64,000 nt of DNA, taken from positions 160,001 through 224,000 of the forward strand of contig CAVTWJ010000009.1 of assembly GCA_963738405.1 (NCBI GenBank), written 5' to 3'. How positions within the stretch are numbered: the stretch's first letter is position 1; each line of letters begins with the position of its first letter. The DNA comes from a candidate division FCPU426 bacterium. Its GTDB lineage: Bacteria > Oederibacteriota > Muellerivitia > Muellerivitales > Muellerivitaceae. Shown here piece after piece: positions 10,177-19,081 of this stretch. The position numbers and the translations under genes were made by a program. Below the pieces are notes generated by a model that searched no databases, was not told where the DNA came from, and saw only the letters and a list, made by a program, of their open reading frames with translations.

Positions 10177-10890
10177 TTGCCTACCGTTTTTTTTAGCGTC
10201 AGTTCCACCCTGCTTCTTTTTTTCATCCTGACTTTGGTCTTGGGTTTCGGCCATTTCCTGCCGATACCCCTTCATGCCTTGTGGGGGCTATTCCTCGGGC
10301 TGGTCCTTGTGCTTCTTCAATGTTTGGTTTTTGGTTTCTTTATTGGAAGCGGCAAGACGATCAAAAAAAAGGTAAAAGAAGCGGCTCTAAGCGGGGATTG
10401 GGTCGAAAAGACCAAGGATTACAAAAACCGGGCCTATCCGAGCTTGATGCTTGCCATTGTTCTTCTGGTAGCGGCGGTGGCCGCCGGAGGGGCGGTTTCG
10501 GTTGGCCTTTTGCCTCCCTGGATTCACGGAGGATTGATGTTATTAGCGCTGGTGGTGAATGGACGGTCCCTATGGATTTCCTATCGAACGATATCTGAAA
10601 ATGTCCAAGCGATACACCAAATCAACCGGCAAATAGAAACCAGGGAGTTGGCTAACGGGGACCAGCCCCCCCTATCTGATATTTCAATTGAACAAGCCAA
10701 AACTGCGGTTGTTCTCAAGCTGTCTGCCCCCAACCTGTATTTTTTGGCCTTCGCCATTTGGGTTCCCTATATGTATATGAGATGGTCTTTGGGTGACCGG
10801 GCCATTTCTTTTTGGCCCTTTCTGATCGGGAGTTTGGGGTTGGGAATCGTCGGTTTTTTGTTTTCTTTCGGCAAAACTAACAAAAGTTGA
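10177..10890 (+). CDS. Hypothetical multipass membrane protein
   Basis: About 6 hydrophobic segments; AAGGA RBS before TTG. Confidence 0.65.
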   Translation: MPTVFFSVSSTLLLFFILTLVLGFGHFLPIPLHALWGLFLGLVLVLLQCLVFGFFIGSGKTIKKKVKEAALSGDWVEKTKDYKNRAYPSLMLAIVLLVAAVAAGGAVSVGLLPPWIHGGLMLLALVVNGRSLWISYRTISENVQAIHQINRQIETRELANGDQPPLSDISIEQAKTAVVLKLSAPNLYFLAFAIWVPYMYMRWSLGDRAISFWPFLIGSLGLGIVGFLFSFGKTNKS

Positions 10891-11041
10891 CACCTGCCAT
10901 AGGTTGAATGCGTCCAAAGAGGGACATCTTTTTAATCGGCTTTTCAGGGAAATCAGCTACAATGTCGCCCTTGTTCCAAACCTGAAGGCAACCGGCCTTA
11001 AGTCACATGAATTTTGAGTATTCTCGAGGATTTTAACAGGC

Positions 11042-11803
11042 ATGAAATTTAACTTTTTTGCTCTCGTGGGTGTTTTAGCCTCCATCCTCACGGCGGGCCC
11101 CCTTTTTGCGGATAATCCAAACGATCTGGTTCATTCCCGTACCTATATCGGGGTTGTGGGAACCTCCATTAGCGTCAGCAATAGCGGTGAATTTTCCGGC
11201 ACCCATTACGCCCGCACCGACACACCGGCTTATGAAGTCTTTTTATTGCCGTCCTTACAGCAAAATTTCGGTTATGGGTTTCTTCTGGGCCACCGGGAGG
11301 ACGCTTACGCGGTGGAAGTCAGTTATTGGGCCTCCAATCACACCGCCCTATTCGGCCCCACGGCCGTTAATTCCAACAACTATCCCGCCCTCGTCAACCT
11401 GCCTCAATATCAGGACACCGCCACTTACCAATCGATCAATGTGGATTTTAAAAGATATTTTTTTACCGAGCAAAACATCCAGCCTTTCGTCAATCTAGGA
11501 GTGGGTTTCCCCTGGATCACTGTCAATAATGCGGATATGAATTCATCTCCAATCCCAGGGGCTATGGGTTCCATTGGCTCGGTAACTCTCTCCGGGTTGG
11601 CTTTTGATTTGGGATTGGGTGTTGAATACTATTTTGATGAGCATTTCGCGGTCCAAATTGGCGCTATTGACCGTTTTGCCAGTTTTGACCAATTCAAAGG
11701 TTTCACTGGCCAATACAATTCCTTGGCGCAGTACACACCCTCTTCGAGCGACGATGGAAGCGGCCTATTGTTTTCAATCGGCACTTCCATTGGGTTTGAG
11801 TAA
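11042..11803 (+). CDS. Small outer-membrane beta-barrel protein
   Basis: Signal peptide (PLFA), alternating amphipathic strands (QPFVNLGVGF, FDLGLGVEYYF). Confidence 0.75.
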   Translation: MKFNFFALVGVLASILTAGPLFADNPNDLVHSRTYIGVVGTSISVSNSGEFSGTHYARTDTPAYEVFLLPSLQQNFGYGFLLGHREDAYAVEVSYWASNHTALFGPTAVNSNNYPALVNLPQYQDTATYQSINVDFKRYFFTEQNIQPFVNLGVGFPWITVNNADMNSSPIPGAMGSIGSVTLSGLAFDLGLGVEYYFDEHFAVQIGAIDRFASFDQFKGFTGQYNSLAQYTPSSSDDGSGLLFSIGTSIGFE

Positions 11804-11809
11804 ATCACC

Positions 11810-12862
11810 ATGACCAGGAGCAAGTCTTCCGTGAAAAAAGTTCTTCTATTCCTTCTTTTAACGGTTTTGGGCGCGACCGCGATGGTCATTGGGCTGGCTT
11901 GTTCCGCCAACCCGACGGGCGCCAATTTTCAGGCTCCCATTCAGACCGTTCAAGCGGGGAACCCTACCCTCACCCCCACTTTTACTCCTACCTTTACGAT
12001 GACGTTTACGATCACCCCGACACCGACCAGTACGGTTACCCCGCTACCTCAATTGACGGTCTCGTGGGGAACTGGATTCGGCTCGTATTCATTTAAAAAC
12101 CCTTCAGGAATAGCGGTTCAAAATTCACCCTCGGTTTATGTTTATGTGGCGGATACGGGCAACAACCGGGTCGAGAAGTTCACGAACACTGGAAGCCTGG
12201 TGACATCATGGGGTGCTGGCGGCAAGGGCAAGGGAACAATCAATATCCCAAGTCCCGAGGCGGTCGCGATCAATTCTAATGGAACAACCCTTTACGTTGC
12301 TGAGTCGACTGGGATTGGGGTATTTGACCTCAACGGCAATTACCTCACTACCTTTACAAACCCTGGGACGGGTACCTTCAGCAATCCCCAAGCCTTGGCT
12401 TTGGATGGCACAGGTGACTTATTTGTTGGAGATACGGGAAATCACCGCATTGTTGAATTATCTTTTAACGGTTCCGCCCTATCTTATGGGTCGGCTGGCG
12501 GGATAACCATCACAGGCCCCAATGTCACGGGGTTGGTGGTGGATTCTTCCGACAACGTTTATGCCGCTCTCAGCAACAATACAATTGAAGGATTTACCTC
12601 CGGGGGAGTTTCCTTTTCCACGGTTCTAGGTTTCAACAATCCGAATGGTCTTGCCATGGATGCATCGAGCGATCTGTTTGTGGCGGATACAGGCAACAAG
12701 AGTATTGAGGAATTTCCAAGCCCAGCTCCCTACCAATCTCCAACAGTTTTCATCAATCCCAACTCAACACTCAACTCGCCCAAAGGCGTCGCGGTGGATG
12801 CTTCGGGGGAAATTTACGTGGTCGATTCGGCCAATAACACTGTTTATAACTTCGCGCCATGA
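11810..12862 (+). CDS. NHL-repeat lipoprotein with Thr/Pro-rich stalk
   Basis: Lipobox GLAC; TPTFT repeats; repeated P.G.A.D...YVADTGN.R. Confidence 0.85.
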   Translation: MTRSKSSVKKVLLFLLLTVLGATAMVIGLACSANPTGANFQAPIQTVQAGNPTLTPTFTPTFTMTFTITPTPTSTVTPLPQLTVSWGTGFGSYSFKNPSGIAVQNSPSVYVYVADTGNNRVEKFTNTGSLVTSWGAGGKGKGTINIPSPEAVAINSNGTTLYVAESTGIGVFDLNGNYLTTFTNPGTGTFSNPQALALDGTGDLFVGDTGNHRIVELSFNGSALSYGSAGGITITGPNVTGLVVDSSDNVYAALSNNTIEGFTSGGVSFSTVLGFNNPNGLAMDASSDLFVADTGNKSIEEFPSPAPYQSPTVFINPNSTLNSPKGVAVDASGEIYVVDSANNTVYNFAP

Positions 12863-12882
12863 TGGGCTTTAGAGGATTTGAA

Positions 12883-14121
12883 ATGAAAAAATGGTTATTA
12901 TTGTTTTTGGTTGTGGGAGTCCTGGCCTTTCCTTGGGCCTGTGGCAACTCGCCCACCAGCCCCGTCGCCACCCCTACCTTTACACCCACAGCAACCAATT
13001 GGAACAATTTAACCTCGACCAACACCATGACGCAAACCATGACAGCAACACCTACCGTGACGGCTACAAGTACCCCTACAAACCAAAACGGTACACCAAC
13101 AGTTACTTTTAGCCCTTCAGCAACATTCACACCTTATTCCTACACTCCCACCCCCACTACCACAAACACAATTACCTTTACGAATACTATTGCTTGGACA
13201 AACACGCTAACACCTACGAACACCCCCGTTCCAACCAGCACTCCTATTTCGGGAAGCACCCCGGCCCCCGCTTTCTCGGCGCAAGTGACGACTGGGATTC
13301 AGTATCCAAACGGAGTGGCTGTGAGCGGGGCCACTCTCTATGTGGCGGAAGGAAACCCCTCTGTTGGAGTTGCAAAGGTTCAAGTGTTCACGATTTCAGG
13401 AACTGCGCTTTCACCTGTTACGACATGGACGGCTTTCGGCTCCACCAACTTTGTGGAACCCTATGGCGTGGCAGCCGCGGGATCTACTATTTTCGTTTTG
13501 GATAACGGCGGGGGATCCAACGGCACGGGCGTCCTTTATGCTTTTGATTCGGCTGGAACAACCTTGGGTTCCATTGATAATTACTCTTCCGCTTCTTTCT
13601 CATTTCCTGAAGGTGTTGCTGTCGATTCAACAGGAACCACGGTTTATGTTTCGGATACAGAAAATAACAAGGTGGATCAATTCACTTTTAACGGGACTGT
13701 TTTTACCCCTCAAAATCAATGGTCCGGCGGAACCCTAAACTTTTTGGAACCTAGCGGAATCGCCGTCAATGCATCCGGAACCGTTTACGTGGCCGATTCG
13801 GGCAATGAAGTCATCCAATCCTACAGCGGTAGTTGGACAACCTTCGCTTCCACCAATAATTTCACTTCCAACATTTCGGATGTTTATGGGGTTGGGGTGG
13901 ATTCGAGAGGCTATGTTTACGCTTGTGACGTGGCCAACAGCGTCGTTCAACAGTTTGATAATAACGGTAATTACCTGTCCTATAGCTCGGGCGGTTCAGG
14001 CAATGCGGTTTTTGAAAGCCCCGACGGAGTTGTTTATACGGGTTCCTATTTAATTGTTTCTGACTATGAAAACGGCGCCGGACCCGCCTACACAGGTTCC
14101 TTAGAGTTCTTATCGCCCTAA
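12883..14121 (+). CDS. NHL-repeat lipoprotein with long Thr/Pro-rich stalk
   Basis: GAGGA RBS before ATG 12883; lipobox PWAC; NHL repeats PEGVAVD..VYVSDTENNKV. Confidence 0.85.
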   Translation: MKKWLLLFLVVGVLAFPWACGNSPTSPVATPTFTPTATNWNNLTSTNTMTQTMTATPTVTATSTPTNQNGTPTVTFSPSATFTPYSYTPTPTTTNTITFTNTIAWTNTLTPTNTPVPTSTPISGSTPAPAFSAQVTTGIQYPNGVAVSGATLYVAEGNPSVGVAKVQVFTISGTALSPVTTWTAFGSTNFVEPYGVAAAGSTIFVLDNGGGSNGTGVLYAFDSAGTTLGSIDNYSSASFSFPEGVAVDSTGTTVYVSDTENNKVDQFTFNGTVFTPQNQWSGGTLNFLEPSGIAVNASGTVYVADSGNEVIQSYSGSWTTFASTNNFTSNISDVYGVGVDSRGYVYACDVANSVVQQFDNNGNYLSYSSGGSGNAVFESPDGVVYTGSYLIVSDYENGAGPAYTGSLEFLSP

Positions 14122-14215
14122 GAACAATCCTAAAAAGTCTTCCTAAAACACCCTTTTCCTAAGATTTCCTACTATTTCCCAATAAGCTTGAGTTACAATA
14201 AATGCCAGAAAGCTT

Positions 14216-14234
14216 GGCAAAGATACACTTTGCC
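14216..14234. promoter_or_regulatory. Inverted repeat GGCAAAG-N5-CTTTGCC upstream of the second beta-barrel gene (candidate operator or 5'UTR hairpin)
   Basis: Perfect 7-bp inverted repeat, downstream of a TACAAT -10-like hexamer. Confidence 0.35.
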
Positions 14235-14269
14235 GACAATCCACAGGTTCAGGGAGGGACTGAAAGCGG

Positions 14270-15046
14270 ATGAGTCAAAAAACACTACTTTTTACAATGC
14301 TCGCTTTGATTTTGTCCGTAGGGGTCGTTCAAAAGATTTTCGCCCAAGATGATGATGCAAGATCGGCGGATTTCATCAAAAGCCGTACTTACATTGGTCT
14401 TTTGGGTACTTCCGCCACGCTTGATCAATGGGGCAATTTAAACGGAGGTTATCATTTTTCTTACGGCCCGGCGACGGTGGTTAGTGGGGCTCCTGTCACT
14501 GAAGTCGATTTGATTCCATCCATCACAAGAGAATTTGGATTTGGCGTTCTGGTAGGCCACCGGGAAGGTCCTTGGTCCGGAGAAATCAGTTTTTGGCGAA
14601 GCGATCATACCGCGACCTATGTAAATTCCTCTGCCGTGACTTTCACCAACCCTGCCAGCCTACAAGCGATTAATATCGACTTTAAGAGATATTTTCTGAC
14701 CCAACTACCCACACAGCCCTTTGTCAGCCTGGGGATGTCTTTTCCCTGGCTTTGGGTTCGTGGATTTTCATTGGTTCAAGACGGCTCCGGAAACACGTTA
14801 TATAGCGACGATGAAACCCTTTCAGGAATTGGTTTTAACCTGGGCGCGGGACTGGAAATTTACTTCGATAATAATATTTCCATATTGGGGGGCCTTTACC
14901 AGCGTTGGACCGGTTTTAATCAAATCAACGGAGCTTTTAAAATTCCCTCAAATAAACTTTACCTTGATGGCAACTCTAATGATGTGGGCGCCCTTGAAGG
15001 GGACGGCCTGAATATGTACGTCGGTACGACAGTCGGATTCGAATAA
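14270..15046 (+). CDS. Small outer-membrane beta-barrel protein, paralog of 11042..11803
   Basis: Shared SRTYIG, GHRE, INIDFKRYF, QPFV.LG..FPW and C-terminal GT..GFE. Confidence 0.78.
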   Translation: MSQKTLLFTMLALILSVGVVQKIFAQDDDARSADFIKSRTYIGLLGTSATLDQWGNLNGGYHFSYGPATVVSGAPVTEVDLIPSITREFGFGVLVGHREGPWSGEISFWRSDHTATYVNSSAVTFTNPASLQAINIDFKRYFLTQLPTQPFVSLGMSFPWLWVRGFSLVQDGSGNTLYSDDETLSGIGFNLGAGLEIYFDNNISILGGLYQRWTGFNQINGAFKIPSNKLYLDGNSNDVGALEGDGLNMYVGTTVGFE

Positions 15047-15177
15047 CTTAAAGTTCTCTTTTTTATTTCGCGGACCAGTTTAGGGTTGGGAATAGATTTT
15101 CACCCTAACTCCCCAAAATCGTAAAAGTTGGGTAAAATTAGTTTAATGTTTATCGATAAAAGAGGGGTGAGGCGAGA

Positions 15178-16368
15178 ATGAAAAAATCTTTGTTCTTTGC
15201 CATTTTGTTGCTTGTGAGTTTATTTATTCCCTGGGCCTGTAGCGACAACAACAATAACCCTACCAAACCCCCCAACGCGATCGGAGGGGCCACGAACACC
15301 CCGACGCCTCTTTCAGGCAGTACGCCTGCGGGAACGCCTTTACCCATTACGCTTACCCCCACTCCGACTTTCGTGAACAACTACGGCACTTCCGCGTCGC
15401 CAAATGGAATGTATTACGATGGGCTTGGAAATCTTCAAGTTATGGAAGGTGTGCCCGGAGTAACAAATTGGGCGACCTATAATGTCAATGCCGGCACGGG
15501 TACCCTTACTCGAATCGGGTTGGGAAATTTGATAGCCGTCGGGGTACCCACTCCCAATGCGACTCCGGGACCTTGGGTGGCGCCGGTTACCAATGTTTTG
15601 CAATTGCCCCAGGGTTTTGCTTACACTCCCGTGGGGAATGGTGGGGCTGGGTGGTACGGAATTTTGGATTCTTCCCCATCTGGTTCCGCAATTTTCTATG
15701 AAGGGAACAATTGGCCGACCTTTGGTTTCGACGTCCCGAATTACACAGTCGGATATGCATCTATCACTTTTTCTTCCCCTAGAGCCGTGGTCGGGGATTT
15801 GCTGACTGAAAACTTCTATATCGCGGACACAGGTAACGGTTATGTCGACGAAATGGGAGGGGCAAGCTTCGCGAACGGGGGCCTTGTTGACATTAACTGG
15901 CCTCACCGTTGGAACGGCTCTACGTCCAATTTTCAATTCAAAAAACCTGTTGTTCTGGCGATTGATGCGAACGACAACCTTTTTGTCGGTGATCAAGGCT
16001 ACAATCCGTCGGTGGTAGAGGAATACGCCCAGCAAGGAACCTATCTCGAAGGTCAATGGGTATTGACCGCGGGTTGTTCCATCGTTGGGTTGGCTGTGGA
16101 TAGCCTTACACCCGAGGATATTTATGTCTCGGATGCTGCCAACGGAGGCCAAGTGGAGGAATACCAAATCACAGGATACAATACCGTCTCACTCGTGAGA
16201 ACTTGGAATATTCCAGTCAATACGATTTCACTCAACGGGTATCATGAATACAATCCCTTCAGTCCCTCTTGCATTGCCCTGATCCAAGCGGGATTGGCCG
16301 CCGTTCCGCCAACGCAAATTGTTGTGGGTGACGTGAACAATAACCTCATAGATGTTTTTGGCCCTTAG
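15178..16368 (+). CDS. Lipoprotein with Thr/Pro stalk and divergent NHL-like beta-propeller
   Basis: Lipobox PWAC; FYIADTGNG, LAIDANDNLFVGD. Confidence 0.78.
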   Translation: MKKSLFFAILLLVSLFIPWACSDNNNNPTKPPNAIGGATNTPTPLSGSTPAGTPLPITLTPTPTFVNNYGTSASPNGMYYDGLGNLQVMEGVPGVTNWATYNVNAGTGTLTRIGLGNLIAVGVPTPNATPGPWVAPVTNVLQLPQGFAYTPVGNGGAGWYGILDSSPSGSAIFYEGNNWPTFGFDVPNYTVGYASITFSSPRAVVGDLLTENFYIADTGNGYVDEMGGASFANGGLVDINWPHRWNGSTSNFQFKKPVVLAIDANDNLFVGDQGYNPSVVEEYAQQGTYLEGQWVLTAGCSIVGLAVDSLTPEDIYVSDAANGGQVEEYQITGYNTVSLVRTWNIPVNTISLNGYHEYNPFSPSCIALIQAGLAAVPPTQIVVGDVNNNLIDVFGP

Positions 16369-16417
16369 CTTCCTCATTTTCAACAAGCCAATCAGCTTGG
16401 CTTGAGTCGTCTTCCCG

Positions 16418-16449
16418 AAAGCCCGAGGATTCCCTCGGGCTTTTTATTT
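16418..16449 (+). terminator. Rho-independent terminator
   Basis: AAAGCCCGAGG-ATTC-CCTCGGGCTTT stem followed by TTATTT. Confidence 0.85.
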
Positions 16450-16558
16450 AAACCCTGGCATATGTCAAAGCGCCCAACCCGCACTTGGCCTTAAAAAGTC
16501 CGTTTTTTGTGTTAGGCTGTGCCGCCCTGAAAACTCTTCTTTTTCATTGAGGTTGAGC

Positions 16559-17182
16559 ATGCTTCAAGCCATCAAAGCCTTCGCCCTCTTAGGGGGGGAA
16601 TGGGTTCTTTTTATTCTTTTGGGGCTCTCCCTTTGGTCCATCGCTGTGATGGTTCAAAAGATCCTCGAGTTCAGGGCCCGATCCCAGGGCGTGGGCGATC
16701 TTGAATCCAAGGTGCCGCGGCTTTTGGCCCAAGGCGAATTCAAACAGGCGGAAATACTGGCCCTCGCTTCCCCTTCCGCCGAAGGGGCTGTTTTAAGCAT
16801 AGGGTTGGCCAATTTGAACTTGGACCCGGAAGCCCTGGAACAGGTTATGGAAAGTCAGCGACTCCAGGAACGCCTCCTGATGGAAAAAAATATTTTGGTT
16901 TTGGGCACGCTTGGCAACAACGCGCCCTTTATCGGGCTTTTCGGGACGGTTTTAGGAATCATCAAGGCTTTCAACGACTTGGCCATCGCTGGAACCTCTG
17001 GCCCCACCATCGTCATGCGGGGGGTTTCAGAAGCCTTGGTGGCGACGGCCGTGGGGCTTCTTATCGCCATTCCCGCCGTGGCGGCTTACAACTACTTCCA
17101 AAGCCGTATCAAAAGATCCCTCGCTTCCGCCGACCGTTTTGCCCGGCTTCTCCTCGCCTACTCGGGCAAGAAAAAGCGGTAG
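16559..17182 (+). CDS. exbB: MotA/TolQ/ExbB proton channel family protein
   Basis: LGTLGNNAPFIGLFGTVLGII, SEALVATAVGL.AIPA. Confidence 0.88.
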   Translation: MLQAIKAFALLGGEWVLFILLGLSLWSIAVMVQKILEFRARSQGVGDLESKVPRLLAQGEFKQAEILALASPSAEGAVLSIGLANLNLDPEALEQVMESQRLQERLLMEKNILVLGTLGNNAPFIGLFGTVLGIIKAFNDLAIAGTSGPTIVMRGVSEALVATAVGLLIAIPAVAAYNYFQSRIKRSLASADRFARLLLAYSGKKKR

Positions 17183-17185
17183 GCC

Positions 17186-17590
17186 ATGGCCCATATCAGC
17201 CCCGATTCGGACGAGGCCATCACCCAAATCAATGTGGTGCCCTTGGTAGATATCATGCTGGTGCTGTTGATCATCTTCATGCTGACCGCCAGTTTTATCT
17301 CCACTCCCTCGATTCCGGTGAAGGTTCCCAAGGCCCTAACCTCCAACCCCACCGCTCCCGCCAGCCAGGCGCTTGTCCTGACGATCAAGGGAGATATTTA
17401 CTACCAGAACCACAAAACCGACAAGACGGCCCTCGCCCAGGCGCTTTACGAGGCCGCATTGCTTAATCCTAATCTTCGCCTGGTCCTGTCGGCGGACGCC
17501 CAGGTCACCCACGGCAAGGTGGTGGAACTGTTGGACTTGGCCCGGCAGGCGGGGGTAACCCAAATCGCGCTGGGAGTGACAACTCCTTGA
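17186..17590 (+). CDS. exbD: Biopolymer transport protein ExbD/TolR
   Basis: INVVPLVDIMLVLLIIFM; LSAD..V.HG.VV. Confidence 0.9.
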   Translation: MAHISPDSDEAITQINVVPLVDIMLVLLIIFMLTASFISTPSIPVKVPKALTSNPTAPASQALVLTIKGDIYYQNHKTDKTALAQALYEAALLNPNLRLVLSADAQVTHGKVVELLDLARQAGVTQIALGVTTP

Positions 17591-18189
17591 GGCCTCGTGA
17601 TTTTATGGCCGCGCCCCTCGGGCCCTGGGGAGTTTCCCTTGGCTTGCACCTTCTTTTGATTGGGATCCTTCTCTTCTTGGGCCGGCAACAGACCTTGGAT
17701 TTAAGTCTTTTCGATCTAGATATTTCCGGAACCAATTCACCGGTCGCTATCGCTCCCCCCGCCCCGGAAGATGAACTTTGGCAGAAACCTTTTTTAAAAC
17801 ATCGGCCTCCCCCTTCCAAGACCGTTGAAAAAAAAGCGGAACCGCCTGCGGCCCTTTCCACGGGCCCGGCAGAATCTTCCGGCAATGGAACTGGTTCCTA
17901 TCGTTCCCTCGCGGAAGTCAGCCAGCTTCCCCATTTCATCACCCAGGTGAAGGCCCTCTACCCTGACGCCGCGAAAAGGGCCAATATCGAGGGTATGGTG
18001 ATTTTACAAGTGGACATCGACGCCACCGGTGCGGTTAAAATGGTGAAATTGATCCAGGGATTGGGTTGCGGCTGTGATGAGGCCGCCATGTCGGCCGCCC
18101 AGCAATCGGTTTTCTCGCCCGCTTACGCGGGGGATGAACCGGTTCCGGTCCGCCTCCGAATCCCCTATCGTTTCAAGTTTGACCAATAA
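17587..18189 (+). CDS. tonB: Energy transducer TonB
   Basis: TM with SLGLH, Pro-rich linker, YPDAAKRANIEGMV C-terminal domain. Confidence 0.88.
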   Translation: MRPRDFMAAPLGPWGVSLGLHLLLIGILLFLGRQQTLDLSLFDLDISGTNSPVAIAPPAPEDELWQKPFLKHRPPPSKTVEKKAEPPAALSTGPAESSGNGTGSYRSLAEVSQLPHFITQVKALYPDAAKRANIEGMVILQVDIDATGAVKMVKLIQGLGCGCDEAAMSAAQQSVFSPAYAGDEPVPVRLRIPYRFKFDQ

Positions 18190-18216
18190 AAACTTATTCT
18201 GAAGGAGAAAGACCCC

Positions 18217-18945
18217 ATGCGACAGGCCTTCCAAGCGTTTTGGATATTGGTATTGTTGGGTGCAGCCCTAGGCCCCATTCAGGTTCGGGCCGATCAAGAG
18301 GTTTACCTTTCCCAATCGCCCAACGGCCAATTCCGGGTCGTGGTGGATCAGGTCATCGACCGCAGGGTCGGAGATCAGATCTTTTTCCGTTATCCCATCA
18401 GTCTGGTCGACTCCAAAACCCTGAGGCATTTCGAGATCCGGGAAGGTGTCCCGCCCCTCATCCAGGAAACCGACCGGGGTACCTTCACCGCCCACTGGGA
18501 CCCTAAGGATTTCCATTGGGGCCCCGACAGCCAGAAACTTATCTTCAATATGGAAATTCAGGAAGGGTCCTGGCGGACTTATTTCGTGGATGTGAAGCTG
18601 GGGAAAACCCTGGACGTGACCTCCGACCTGGAAGGCAAACTCTACGACCGTATCCAATCCCACGGCTGGGCCTACCAAAGCGCGACCGTGGACCTGGTGG
18701 AATGGGTCAAGCCCCACCTGGCTTTCCTGAAAATCACCACCGATTGCGGAAAGAAGAAAAATCAGGAAAACGCCAAGCTGTTCGAGGTGACCGATTCGGT
18801 GCTTTACGACACGGTGAAGCAGGCCGTCGTTTCCGATTGTTCGGACTGCAAGGACCCGGATTCCGAGAAAAAGTTCGAGAAGTTCTTTGAAAAGTCGCAA
18901 GTCACGCCCACCCCGACGCCGGACGAGACCCCCACGGCCCAATAG
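18217..18945 (+). CDS. Hypothetical exported protein with C-terminal TPTPT tail
   Basis: AAGGAG RBS, signal peptide ending VRA. Confidence 0.7.
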   Translation: MRQAFQAFWILVLLGAALGPIQVRADQEVYLSQSPNGQFRVVVDQVIDRRVGDQIFFRYPISLVDSKTLRHFEIREGVPPLIQETDRGTFTAHWDPKDFHWGPDSQKLIFNMEIQEGSWRTYFVDVKLGKTLDVTSDLEGKLYDRIQSHGWAYQSATVDLVEWVKPHLAFLKITTDCGKKKNQENAKLFEVTDSVLYDTVKQAVVSDCSDCKDPDSEKKFEKFFEKSQVTPTPTPDETPTAQ

Positions 18946-19081
18946 CACTAGACCCTTTCTGTGGGGCCGAGGGAATTTCCGGGTTCCTCCACCCGGAGTT
19001 CCAACGTGAATAGGCCAAATACTAAGGTCCGAAATTCCGAAAAACCTTTGATACGGTCCGAATGGCTTTTAAACTAGGTCC

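Noticed and set aside
18838..18852. CxxCK motif in the exported protein as a possible heme site for ResB/CcsA
   Set aside because: Single motif, no cytochrome-like context, 10 kb from ccsA; a disulfide is more likely.
18268..18948. Long antisense ORFs (also 15340..16167, 35195..35974, 3056..3667 and others)
   Set aside because: They fully overlap better-supported genes on the opposite strand and have no motifs; treated as shadow ORFs.
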